64,000 nucleotides of DNA, taken from positions 230,358 to 294,357 of the forward strand of contig CP070813.1 in NCBI GenBank assembly GCA_020344055.1, given 5' to 3'. Within the stretch, counting starts at the first letter, position 1. Every line of letters starts with the position of its first letter. The stretch comes from Candidatus Zixiibacteriota bacterium (GTDB lineage Bacteria > Zixibacteria > MSB-5A5 > UBA10806). Below are positions 20,811 through 30,414 of the stretch, piece after piece. The translations under genes and the position numbers were made by a program. The notes beneath the pieces are model-generated. The model did not search any database and was not told the origin of the DNA. It worked only from the letters and a program-made list of their open reading frames with translations.

Positions 20811-21188
20811 TTACTTGCCGTAAAATATCGCCATCGCCACGGCCGCCAGCACCCCCAGCGCCGCCACCCCCACGGCTACCACCATTACGTGGTTGATCCC
20901 CAGACCTACGCTGGTCCGGTAGGGATCGATCTTGAGAAACTGGTCGTTGGGGCGATTATCGACACGCCGTTTGAACCGGATCCGGTAGTCGTCGAACTTC
21001 TCCAGCATCTCCCAGCCGGCTCTGGCCTCCACCTGGCACAGTTGCTGGACGAATTTGTTATCCTTGAACTTGCCGGTGTAGCTTCTCATTATCTTGAATT
21101 CCCAGCCCTCGAGATCATCTTTCTTATACGCGGTCATAAGCTCTTCCTCGTCTCTGAGTATCTTCGCCCCCCGCGGCCGAGGCGGCAT
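20811..21188 (-). CDS. Hypothetical protein with C-terminal transmembrane anchor
   Basis: 125 aa, charged N-terminal part, single C-terminal hydrophobic helix; lies directly downstream of acs. The antisense ORF 20766..21242 looks low-complexity and is judged spurious. Confidence 0.35.
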   Translation of the reverse strand: MPPRPRGAKILRDEEELMTAYKKDDLEGWEFKIMRSYTGKFKDNKFVQQLCQVEARAGWEMLEKFDDYRIRFKRRVDNRPNDQFLKIDPYRTSVGLGINHVMVVAVGVAALGVLAAVAMAIFYGK

Positions 21189-21302
21189 TTGAACCTGTGG
21201 CTACCGGAATATATGCCATACACCCTCCTCATATATCTATAACAGTATCGGCAGGAAAAAATACGTCAATAAATACATTTATAATTATGTTGGTTTTTAT
21301 TT

Positions 21303-23261
21303 CTATTTGCGGAGTTTAACGATCTCCTCCACCGATTCCGGATTGGCCAGGCTGGTGATATCGCCGAAATCCTCGCCCAGAAACGCCTTTTTTATCACCC
21401 GGCGCATGATCTTGCCGTTTCTGGTCTTGGGAAGATCGCTTACGAAAATAATCTCTTTTGGTTTTAACGGCTTCCCCATCTCATCGGCGACCCGTGATCT
21501 CAATTGTTCTTTAAGATCATCAGGATTGATATCGGACTTATTCAGCACGCAGAAACAGACCACCTCGCTCCCCTTGACTTCATGCGGCACCCCGATGGCG
21601 GCCGCCTCGCTTACCGACGGATGTCCCACCAGCACCGATTCCACTTCGGCGGGCCCGACCCTTTTACCAGCAACCTTAATGGTATCGTCGGATCGGCCCA
21701 GGATATACCACAGGCCGTCATCATCGATTGCCGCCCAATCCCCGTGAACCCAGACATTCTCCCAGCGCGACCAATAGGTATCGAGATATCGTTTATCATC
21801 TTTCCAGAATCCTCGGGTCATGCCGATCCAGGGCGAACGGATTATAAGCTCCCCGACCTTATTTCTCACCGGCTTGCAGTTTTCGTCCACCACGTCGGCG
21901 TCGATACCGGGGCATGCGCCTGAAAATGCCGTCGGCTTGAGCGGCAATAGCGGGTTTCCCATAACAATCCCGCCGCTTATCTCGGTCCCGCCGGAATAAT
22001 TTATGATGGGGCGTTTCCTCTCCCCCACGTTATCGAAAAGCCACATCCAGGGATCGGGATTCCAGGGCTCGCTGGTGGAGGCGAAAAACCTCAGCGATGA
22101 TAAATCGTGCTTTTTTACCGGCTCCTCGCCGAACGGAATAAGGGCTCGGATCAACGTTGGCGTTACTCCCAGCGTATTGATCTTATGCTTTTCTACCATG
22201 GACCATAGCCTGTCCGGCCCAGGATAATCGGGAGCTCCGTCATAGAGGAAACATGCCGCTCCCAAAATGGTAGAGCCGAAAATCAGCCAGGGCCCCATCA
22301 TCCAGCCCAGATCGGTTATCCAATAGATGATATCGCCTTCATGAACATCCGTCCCGAAGGCCATATCCTGCGCCGATTTCACCGGGAAGCCGCAATGGGT
22401 ATGCACGGTGCCTTTCGGTTTGCCCGATGTGCCGGAGGTGTAAATTATCATCAGAACATCTTCGGCCGAGGTTTGCTCAAGTTTCGCTTCCGCGGACTGC
22501 CTGGAAACTATATCGTGCCACCAGATATCGCGGCCCGGTTTCATCTGTATTTTGTTTTCTGCTCGGCGTAACACTATTACATGCTTTATTGATTCTACCT
22601 CAGCCACCGCCCGGTCGGCGGGGTCTTTCAACGAAACGACTTTGCCTCTTCGGAAAAAACCGTCGGCGGTGAAAAGTCCTTTTGCCCCTGCATCGTTCAA
22701 TCGCTCGGCTACCGCCTGCGGTCCGTATCCTGAAAAAAGCGGGAGGATAATGGCGCCGATTTTTGCTATGGCGAATAAGGCAACGACAATCTCCGGGGTC
22801 ATGGGCATATAGATACCTATGGCATCGCCCTTTTTGAAACCGAGCTCCCCTAATGCGTTGGCGCAACGATTCACTTCATCATTTAGCTCACTGTAACTAA
22901 GTGTACGGGTTTCCCCCTCCTCGTCTTCCCAGATTACGGCCGGATTATCTCTGGTATCCGGGTTTTCGGCCCACTTTTCGACGCAGTTGTAGACTATATT
23001 CAGATCGCCGTCGACACACCAGCGGGGAAATTGAATTCCGCTGGATAAATCCACTACTTTCGAATAAGGTTTTTGAAATTTTATGTCCAGGAACTTTAAA
23101 ACAGTTTCAGTGAACCATGCTATCTCTGATGTCGATTTTTCCATAAGTTCATCGAAAGAGCCGATTCCATGCAAATCCATAAACTTCTTCAGATTGCTTC
23201 GCTCGATATAATCCTTTGATGGTTTCCAGACGATATTTCCGCCAAACGTGAATTTATCCAT
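21303..23261 (-). CDS. acs: AMP-forming acetyl/acyl-CoA synthetase
   Basis: 652 aa, AMP-binding signature IYTSGTSGKPKG; N-terminal W..P....NL...C..RH-like Acs pattern. Confidence 0.7.
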   Translation of the reverse strand: MDKFTFGGNIVWKPSKDYIERSNLKKFMDLHGIGSFDELMEKSTSEIAWFTETVLKFLDIKFQKPYSKVVDLSSGIQFPRWCVDGDLNIVYNCVEKWAENPDTRDNPAVIWEDEEGETRTLSYSELNDEVNRCANALGELGFKKGDAIGIYMPMTPEIVVALFAIAKIGAIILPLFSGYGPQAVAERLNDAGAKGLFTADGFFRRGKVVSLKDPADRAVAEVESIKHVIVLRRAENKIQMKPGRDIWWHDIVSRQSAEAKLEQTSAEDVLMIIYTSGTSGKPKGTVHTHCGFPVKSAQDMAFGTDVHEGDIIYWITDLGWMMGPWLIFGSTILGAACFLYDGAPDYPGPDRLWSMVEKHKINTLGVTPTLIRALIPFGEEPVKKHDLSSLRFFASTSEPWNPDPWMWLFDNVGERKRPIINYSGGTEISGGIVMGNPLLPLKPTAFSGACPGIDADVVDENCKPVRNKVGELIIRSPWIGMTRGFWKDDKRYLDTYWSRWENVWVHGDWAAIDDDGLWYILGRSDDTIKVAGKRVGPAEVESVLVGHPSVSEAAAIGVPHEVKGSEVVCFCVLNKSDINPDDLKEQLRSRVADEMGKPLKPKEIIFVSDLPKTRNGKIMRRVIKKAFLGEDFGDITSLANPESVEEIVKLRK

Positions 23262-23516
23262 GCAATATCATATCCTGTTCAGCATTTTCAGATTTCAATA
23301 AAAATCGATTAATAATACACGCCCGGATCATCGGCTGTCAAACATAATTCCACAAATTCCTTGCAATGATATTCGGGATACATTACAATTTGAATGTCGA
23401 TTAAATAACGGTCCGAATTTAATCCAGGGGTTTTGTTTTGAATATAAATAAAATTCGCGTATTCTTTCGAGTCACCAAAATTCGGTCGCTTAGACCGCGC
23501 CGATAATCCCCTTGTC

Positions 23517-24299
23517 ATGATCGCGCTTGAAAAAGTATCGAAATCCTTCGATAACGGACTTACCTACGCTGTCAGGGAGATCGATCTGGACGTCCGGCCC
23601 GGTGAGCTTCTGGTTCTTCTGGGGGAATCGGGTTGCGGCAAAACCACAACGCTGAAAACCATAAACAGGCTTATTGAACCGACTTCGGGACAGGTAATTA
23701 TCAATGGAGAAGATACAGCGCGAATCGATCCGGTGAAACTCCGGCGGAGCATCGGGTACGTATTTCAGGAGATAGGGCTGTTTCCGCATATAAATATCGC
23801 CGGGAATATCGGTATGGTGCCGAGGCTTCTCGGTTGGCCCGATGAAAAAATCAGGTACAGGACTATTGAACTTCTGATCCTTGTCGGCCTTAAACCTGAC
23901 GAATTCAAAAACAGGATGCCGGAAGAGCTATCGGGCGGTCAGAAACAGAGAATCGGGGTGGCGAGGGCGCTGGCCGCGGGAGCGAAAATTATGCTTATGG
24001 ACGAGCCGTTCGGCGCCCTGGATCCCATAACCAGAACAAACCTGATCGAGGAGTTCGCGAAAATTCAAAAAGAGCTGGAGTTGACCGTGGTAATGGTCAC
24101 CCACGACGTTCTGGAGGCGTTGATCCTGGCCGATAGAATCGCCGTAATGAGATCGGGCGAAATATTGGCGCTGGGAAAACCGGCGGAACTCGTTTCCAAT
24201 CCTCCTCATCCTTACGTTTCAGAACTGCTGAATACGCCGCGCCGTCAGACGGAAAAAGTGAATCGCATAATAAGAGGCGAAAACAGAAGTGACTTATAG
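23517..24299 (+). CDS. ABC transporter ATP-binding protein, OpuC/ProV (osmoprotectant/quaternary-amine) type
   Basis: Walker A GESGCGKTT, ABC signature LSGGQKQR, Walker B IMLMDEPFGALD; 260 aa without CBS tail. Confidence 0.8.
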   Translation: MIALEKVSKSFDNGLTYAVREIDLDVRPGELLVLLGESGCGKTTTLKTINRLIEPTSGQVIINGEDTARIDPVKLRRSIGYVFQEIGLFPHINIAGNIGMVPRLLGWPDEKIRYRTIELLILVGLKPDEFKNRMPEELSGGQKQRIGVARALAAGAKIMLMDEPFGALDPITRTNLIEEFAKIQKELELTVVMVTHDVLEALILADRIAVMRSGEILALGKPAELVSNPPHPYVSELLNTPRRQTEKVNRIIRGENRSDL

Positions 24300-25812
24300 T
24301 TCTATATCGGAACAGCTCGGTCTTTTGCCCGGTTACCTGGGCAATCATCTGCTTTTGACTCTAATCGCCTTAATAGCGGGAATAGTAATCTGTGTTCCCT
24401 GCGGCGTGATGGTAACACGGATTAAATCTTTGCAATGGCCGACTCTAACAATAGCAGGAATTTTACAGACCATCCCCGGTATCGCCCTTCTGGCCATAAT
24501 GGTTCCTCTTCTGGGACGGATCGGTTTTCTGCCCGCGCTGATCGCTCTAATCGTTTACAGCGTTCTTCCAATTCTTCGTAACACCGTAACCGGTATACTG
24601 GGGGTGGAGAAATCGGTTTTGGAGGCGGCCAGGGGAATCGGTATGACCGATATGCAGTCGCTTTTTAAGGTCGAGCTTCCCCTTTCGTTGCCCGTTATTG
24701 TCGCCGGTATCAGGACCGCGGCGGTATGGGTGGTGGGTACGGCCACGCTGGCCACCCCGGTGGGCGCTACCAGCCTGGGAAATTACGTTTTCAGCGGTCT
24801 GCAGACACAGAATATTTCGGCCATTATAGTGGGATGCGTGGCGGCCGCGCTGCTGGCAATCGTACTGGATCAAACCATCAGGTTAACTGAAAAAACCGTC
24901 TCCCGAAGAAACTTCAAATTGGCCGCTCTTACAGCCACCATATTACTGATCCTATTTGCTATCGGGCTGGCTCCCCTCGCCCGTCATCGGGGTATCGGTG
25001 AAACCGGCAAAACGATCGCCATCGGCTCTAAACCTTTCACGGAGCAATATATTCTGGCCAGGCTCATAGCTGATAATCTTTCCAGAAACGGTTTCAATAC
25101 CGATATCCGTTCGGGAATGGGCTCCATTATCCTGTTCGAGGCGTTAGCCAATAATGAGGTCGATTGTTATGTCGATTACACCGGCACTATCTGGACAAAT
25201 GTCATGAAAAAAGACCATCTACCTCCTCGTAGCCGGATATTAATGGAGATGACTGCATGGTTAAAAAAAGAATGCGAAATACTTTGCCCCGGCGCCCTGG
25301 GATTTGAAAATACTTATGCCCTGGCTGTGCGCAAAGAAACCGCTGACCGGTATAACTTGAATACCATCGATGATCTTTCGCGCTTATCTAATGAATTCTC
25401 CATGGGTAGCGACTATGAATTCTTTTCGCGACCCGAATGGAAGGAACTTAAAGACAAATATAATCTGAATTTCAAGGAACTGATAACTCTCGATCCGACC
25501 CTGATGTATAGCGCCATCGCACAAAAACAGGTTGATGTTATCTCCGCATATTCTACCGACGGACGGATTTTAGACTTCGATCTGATGGTGCTGGACGATA
25601 CGAAGCAGGCTCTTCCTCCTTACGACGCGGTTCTGCTGTTATCTGAACGGGCTTCGAAAAATTCAAGTCTGGTCCGAATTCTGAACGATCTGGTTGGAGG
25701 GATAGACGATGATGCCATGCGCAACGCCAACAAGATTGTCGATGTCGACGGCCAATCTGTCGACAGCGCCGCGATCTACCTCAAAAGCCTGATCGATAGT
25801 TCGGGAGATTAA
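24289..25812 (+). CDS. ABC permease fused to a C-terminal glycine-betaine/quaternary-amine-type substrate-binding domain (OpuCB-OpuCC-like fusion)
   Basis: N-terminal half with 5-6 TM helices and the permease EAA-like region (EAARGIGMTD); C-terminal approx 270 aa soluble domain (AIGSKPFTEQYILARLIADNL...DCYVDYTGT) of OpuAC/ProX-like binding-protein type. Confidence 0.7.
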   Translation: MTYSSISEQLGLLPGYLGNHLLLTLIALIAGIVICVPCGVMVTRIKSLQWPTLTIAGILQTIPGIALLAIMVPLLGRIGFLPALIALIVYSVLPILRNTVTGILGVEKSVLEAARGIGMTDMQSLFKVELPLSLPVIVAGIRTAAVWVVGTATLATPVGATSLGNYVFSGLQTQNISAIIVGCVAAALLAIVLDQTIRLTEKTVSRRNFKLAALTATILLILFAIGLAPLARHRGIGETGKTIAIGSKPFTEQYILARLIADNLSRNGFNTDIRSGMGSIILFEALANNEVDCYVDYTGTIWTNVMKKDHLPPRSRILMEMTAWLKKECEILCPGALGFENTYALAVRKETADRYNLNTIDDLSRLSNEFSMGSDYEFFSRPEWKELKDKYNLNFKELITLDPTLMYSAIAQKQVDVISAYSTDGRILDFDLMVLDDTKQALPPYDAVLLLSERASKNSSLVRILNDLVGGIDDDAMRNANKIVDVDGQSVDSAAIYLKSLIDSSGD

Positions 25813-25906
25813 GTAGGTGTGGTGAAAAACCTCGTCAGGAATATTGTTTTTTACCGGAAGGTTAATTAAGAAAATGATTCTTAAATATTATTCCAGAGGA
25901 TAAGTC

Positions 25907-26917
25907 ATGACACAGTCAATATTAAAACTTGATTCGGTCGATGTATCCGCATTGGAAAGCTATCGCGAGAAATTCGCCCTGGATGTATTAACCGGATTAT
26001 CGGAACCGCGAAAATCCATTCCCTCAATATATCATTACGATGCCGAGGGAAGCAGGTTATTCACTAAAATTACCGAGCTGCCGGAATATTATCCGACCAG
26101 ATGCGAGGTGGAGACACTTAAAAGAAACATAGGTCGATTCGCCGGTTATATGGAATCGGAAACCATAAACTTGATCGAATTCGGCCCCGGCGACGGCAGC
26201 AAGACCAGGATACTGGTGGAGTACTTCCTGAACAAAGGGCTGGCGTTCCAGTACATTCCCATTGATATATCCTTTTCAGCCCTCGACGATCTGCATCGGG
26301 CGTTTAAAAAATCCTATCCCAAACTGGAGCTCAAAGGGCTGGTGGCCGATTATTTCTCCGGAATAAAGTGGCTTAATAACGAGTATAACCGAAAAAACAT
26401 AGTCCTATTCCTCGGTTCGAACATAGGTAATTTCAATCAGGCAAAATCGAAACTGTTTTTGCGTAATTTATGGAATCACCTCAACGACGGCGATATCGTT
26501 ATAATAGGATTTGATCTCAAAAAGGATATCGATCTATTACTGAGAGCCTACAACGATTCCCAGGGTGTAACGGCTGAATTCAATCTCAACCTGTTACGCA
26601 GAATAAATCGGGAATTGGCCGGTGAATTCGACGTATCGAAATTCAGGTTTTTCGCCACCTACGACGTTTTCAGCGGCGCCATGGAGAGTTACCTGGTCAG
26701 TCTCGAAAAACAGGAAGTGATCATTGGCGAAATAGGAAGATCTTTTCATTTCGATCCCTGGGAGCCTATTCATACTGAGTATTCATACAAATACCTGGAA
26801 TCCGATATTCTCAACCTGGCGAAAAATACAGGTTTTATATTAAAAGAAAATCTTTATGACGAGAAAAAGTACTTTGTAAACTCTGTATGGGAAGTGTACA
26901 AGCCGCACGCCAGTTAA
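25907..26917 (+). CDS. egtD: EgtD-like L-histidine N-alpha-methyltransferase
   Basis: YHYDAEGSRLFTKITELPEYYPTRCE closely matches the EgtD hallmark (Y.YD..GS.LFE.I.ELPEYYPTR.E); SAM-binding EFGPGDGSKT; 336 aa. Confidence 0.8.
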   Translation: MTQSILKLDSVDVSALESYREKFALDVLTGLSEPRKSIPSIYHYDAEGSRLFTKITELPEYYPTRCEVETLKRNIGRFAGYMESETINLIEFGPGDGSKTRILVEYFLNKGLAFQYIPIDISFSALDDLHRAFKKSYPKLELKGLVADYFSGIKWLNNEYNRKNIVLFLGSNIGNFNQAKSKLFLRNLWNHLNDGDIVIIGFDLKKDIDLLLRAYNDSQGVTAEFNLNLLRRINRELAGEFDVSKFRFFATYDVFSGAMESYLVSLEKQEVIIGEIGRSFHFDPWEPIHTEYSYKYLESDILNLAKNTGFILKENLYDEKKYFVNSVWEVYKPHAS

Positions 26918-26924
26918 AGTAATA

Positions 26925-29900
26925 ATGAGCATCGCCGAAAAATACGCCGGAAAAGAGCGCAGAGCCCTCTGCGGAATCTGTCCCGCAGGTTGCTGGGTGA
27001 AGGTCAAATACGATAAGGATGGGAAATTATCGGAGGTTCGCGCCGACGATAGCTCCGAGCTGGGAATGATCTGCAAGCTGGGCGAGCATTCCGCCGATAT
27101 CGTATATTCGGAACACCGCCTGAAATATCCCCTGAAAAGAAAAAGCCCTAAGGGCACCTATGAATTCGAACGGATTTCCTGGGATGAGGCCTATGATATA
27201 ATAGTCGAAAAATTGAATGCGCTTAAATCTCAATTCGGCCCCGAATCAACATGTATATACACCGGCAGGGGAAGTTTCGAGCTTGCCTTATGCGATATCT
27301 TTCAGCCGGCCGGTGTAGCCGTTTCCTCGGCCTCCAGCGTACTGTTTCCCTTCGGATCGCCTAACACCATGGGCGTGGGAGCGCTCTGTTACGTGGCCTT
27401 TGCCATGATCGCCCCGCACGTAACAATGGGGGGTATGCTGATCGATATGTACTCCGATATTGAAAACAGCGATCTAATCGTGGCTTGGGGCGCCAACCCC
27501 GCCACCGACTGCCCGCCGCTGGATCTCAAGAGAATCCTGGCAGCCCGCGATCGGGGAGCTGAGGTGGTAGTGATAGACCCCCGCAGAACCAGAACGGCTA
27601 AAATGACCGACGCCGAATGGGTTCCTGTCCGCCCGGGTACTGACGGCGCTCTAGCCCTGGGAATGTGCAACGTGCTTATAGAAGAAGAGCTTTACGACGA
27701 CGATTTCGCCGGGAACTGGACCGTCGGTTTCGATGATTTCGTAAGATACGTTCAGCATTATCGCCCGGAAGTGGTGGAAAAGACTACCGGTGTGCCAGCG
27801 GATACGGTTGTAAAGCTCGCCAGGAGAATCGCCGGTTCCAACGGCGCCTCTCCCGTTATGTACAGCGGCCTCGAATACAGCGACAGCGGGGTGCAGGCTA
27901 TCCGTGCCACCATGGTGCTGTGGGCGTTAGCGGGACAGCTTGACGTCCCCGGCGGGCGTTGCTTCAGTATGAGGCAAAATCAATTTCCTCTTAACAAAAG
28001 CGGGCATATACCGAATCCTGATCTTAAAAAAGCGCTGGGCAGAGATAAATTCCCGGTTTACAGTTCCTATCGCGGCGAATCGCATGCCATAGTCCTTCCC
28101 GATTCGGTGATACATGGAAAACCTTATAAGATCAGATCGCTAATTATGCATGGCGCTTCCATTACTACTTCCTGGCCGGAACCGCACATCTGGAAAGAAA
28201 CTTTAAACGCCCTCGATTTCCTGGTCTGCATCGACCGGCAACTTACCGCCGACGCCACTTACGCCGACATCGTTCTGCCCGCCACCACCATGTACGAGAT
28301 CGAATCGTACATGACCTACGGCCCGATTTTCAGAATAAGAGAAAAGGTGATCGAGCCGGTCGGCGAGGCAAGAAACGATTTCGTCATAATGGCCGAACTT
28401 GCAAAACATCTCGGCTACGGCCACCTATATCCCCAAAATGAAGAAGAATTATTGAATAAGGTATTGGAAAATTCCGGTTTTACTCTGGAACAGGTACGAG
28501 AAGCCGGTGGCGAAGTACAAGCCCCTACCGTTATGAACCAGTATAAAAAGTGGGAGAAGGGACAACTAAGACCGGATGGTAAGCCAGGATTTGATACACC
28601 TACTGGCAAATTCGAAATAGCCTCGACGATACTGGAAGAACATGGTTATGAGCCCTTGCCGGTATACACTGAACCTGCCGAAAGCCCGCAATCGCGGCCC
28701 GATATGACCGGGAAATATCCACTGGTTTTCAACTCCGGTTCCAGGGTAACGACCGACTTCCGCACCCAGCATCACGGGATACCGTCGTTATACAAACAGC
28801 GGCCCGAACCGACCGTTACCATAAATACACAGGATGCTAAAGAAAGAGATATCAAAACCGGCGATCTCGTTACAATCAAGACCGCCCGCGGACAGGTCGA
28901 TTTGAGAGCGTATGTAACGGATGATATTGTAATGGGCGCCATCGACGCCAACATGGGCGGTGGCGGTCCCGTGGGCCCGGAGGCCTGGCAGAAATGTAAC
29001 ATAAACAATCTCACCGATCTTCAGAGATATGACCCCATATCCGGCTTCCCGGTTTACAAGGCATTGTTATGCGACGTGGTAAAGGCCGGGGTTGCATCCA
29101 ATAAAGTGGTTATCGATTCGGGAGAGGATGGCACGGTAAAAGAATCCAAAAGGATGAAAAAAGAAATGCCCTTGCGCCGCGTCTATCTCGATCATAACGC
29201 CACCACCTATCTCGATCCCGAAGTGCTCAAGGTGATGACCGAATTTATGGAAAATGGTTTCGGTAATCCCTCCTCTATTTACCAGGAGGGACGCAAAGCC
29301 AGGGATGCCCTTGAAGCGGCCCGGCGGAGTATGGCCCAGCTTCTCAATTGCACCGCCCGGCGAATCATCTTCACCGGCGGCGGTTCCGAGGCTAACAACC
29401 TCGCCATCAAGGGAGCGGCATTTGCCAATTGGAATGCCAATAGACATATTATAACATCTGCCATCGAGCATCCTGCGGTGCTCAACGCCTGCAAATGGCT
29501 GGAGAAATTCGGCTTCGAGGTAACATATCTTTCGGTAGATAATACCGGTTTGATAAGCCCGGAGGATTTCGAGAAGGCTATCAAACCCAACACCGTCCTC
29601 GCCACCATCATGCTGGCCAATAACGAGACCGGCACCATCCAGCCTATAAAGGAGCTGGCGAAAATCGCCCATGAAAAATCGATCCTGTTTCATACCGACG
29701 CTACCCAGGGTATCGGGAAGATTCCTGTCGATGTAACAGATCTGGATGTCGATATGCTCTCCATGTCGGGGCACAAGCTTTACGGGCCGAAAGGTGTCGG
29801 CGTATTTTATATAAAATCCGGTCTCGAAATCGATCCCCTCATTCACGGCGGCAAGCAGGAACGGGGCCAGCGCGCCGGTACCGAAAACATGGTAAATATA

Positions 29901-30332
29901 GTGGGGATGGGAAAAGCGGCCGAGATAGCGGTGCAGAAGCTTCCGGAGATGGATAAGCTGCGAAAGATGAGGGATAAGCTGGAACAGGGTATAAGAAAAC
30001 TAGTACCCGACGTCAGGCTCAACGGCCACGAAACTGAAAGATTACCAAACACCTTGAATCTCACCCTCCCCGGCATGCGGGGCGAATCGGTTACCCTAGC
30101 TCTCGATCAAAGAGGCATTTCCATATCGTCCGGTTCCGCCTGCAGATCCGGCTCGCCTAAACCGTCTCACGCTCTGCTCGCCATGGGCCTGAGCGAGGAC
30201 GACGCCCACTGCGCTATAAGATTATCACTGGGCCTTAAAAACACCGAGGACGATATCGATTACGCTCTCAGGCAGTTCGGGGCGGTCATCAAAGACGATA
30301 AAAGCTCGGTGCGGTTTATACCGTGCAGGTAG
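26925..30332 (+). CDS. Metallopterin-dependent ergothioneine synthase-like fusion: Mo/W-bisPGD oxidoreductase module (aa 1 to approx 740) + NifS-like cysteine desulfurase module (aa approx 748-1135)
   Basis: Single uninterrupted 1135-codon ORF. N-terminus has the CGICPAGC Fe-S cysteine motif and molybdopterin-oxidoreductase and molybdopterin-dinucleotide-binding-like regions. From nt approx 29166 the sequence is a class-V aminotransferase (YLDHNATTYLDPEV, PLP-lysine SGHKLYGPKG, active-site SSGSACRSG). Starts 7 nt after egtD. Confidence 0.75.
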   Translation: MSIAEKYAGKERRALCGICPAGCWVKVKYDKDGKLSEVRADDSSELGMICKLGEHSADIVYSEHRLKYPLKRKSPKGTYEFERISWDEAYDIIVEKLNALKSQFGPESTCIYTGRGSFELALCDIFQPAGVAVSSASSVLFPFGSPNTMGVGALCYVAFAMIAPHVTMGGMLIDMYSDIENSDLIVAWGANPATDCPPLDLKRILAARDRGAEVVVIDPRRTRTAKMTDAEWVPVRPGTDGALALGMCNVLIEEELYDDDFAGNWTVGFDDFVRYVQHYRPEVVEKTTGVPADTVVKLARRIAGSNGASPVMYSGLEYSDSGVQAIRATMVLWALAGQLDVPGGRCFSMRQNQFPLNKSGHIPNPDLKKALGRDKFPVYSSYRGESHAIVLPDSVIHGKPYKIRSLIMHGASITTSWPEPHIWKETLNALDFLVCIDRQLTADATYADIVLPATTMYEIESYMTYGPIFRIREKVIEPVGEARNDFVIMAELAKHLGYGHLYPQNEEELLNKVLENSGFTLEQVREAGGEVQAPTVMNQYKKWEKGQLRPDGKPGFDTPTGKFEIASTILEEHGYEPLPVYTEPAESPQSRPDMTGKYPLVFNSGSRVTTDFRTQHHGIPSLYKQRPEPTVTINTQDAKERDIKTGDLVTIKTARGQVDLRAYVTDDIVMGAIDANMGGGGPVGPEAWQKCNINNLTDLQRYDPISGFPVYKALLCDVVKAGVASNKVVIDSGEDGTVKESKRMKKEMPLRRVYLDHNATTYLDPEVLKVMTEFMENGFGNPSSIYQEGRKARDALEAARRSMAQLLNCTARRIIFTGGGSEANNLAIKGAAFANWNANRHIITSAIEHPAVLNACKWLEKFGFEVTYLSVDNTGLISPEDFEKAIKPNTVLATIMLANNETGTIQPIKELAKIAHEKSILFHTDATQGIGKIPVDVTDLDVDMLSMSGHKLYGPKGVGVFYIKSGLEIDPLIHGGKQERGQRAGTENMVNIVGMGKAAEIAVQKLPEMDKLRKMRDKLEQGIRKLVPDVRLNGHETERLPNTLNLTLPGMRGESVTLALDQRGISISSGSACRSGSPKPSHALLAMGLSEDDAHCAIRLSLGLKNTEDDIDYALRQFGAVIKDDKSSVRFIPCR

Positions 30333-30414
30333 AAATTTAAATATTCTTTGACATCTTATTAAATCAACATTTATTCATATCGTAAGAAGCTTAATCATTG
30401 ATAAGGAGGGAATT

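Noticed and set aside
20766-21242. 158-aa plus-strand ORF (His/Arg/Pro-rich)
   Set aside because: Overlaps and is antisense to the more protein-like 125-aa minus ORF downstream of acs; compositionally odd.
29067-29846. 259-aa minus-strand ORF inside the MES gene
   Set aside because: Antisense to the cysteine-desulfurase module, whose PLP and active-site motifs are unambiguous on the plus strand.
26925-30332. Possibility that the MES region is two genes (oxidoreductase, then desulfurase starting at Met around 29166)
   Set aside because: No in-frame stop separates the modules, so a ribosome initiating at 26925 must read through; treated as a true fusion pending read-level confirmation.
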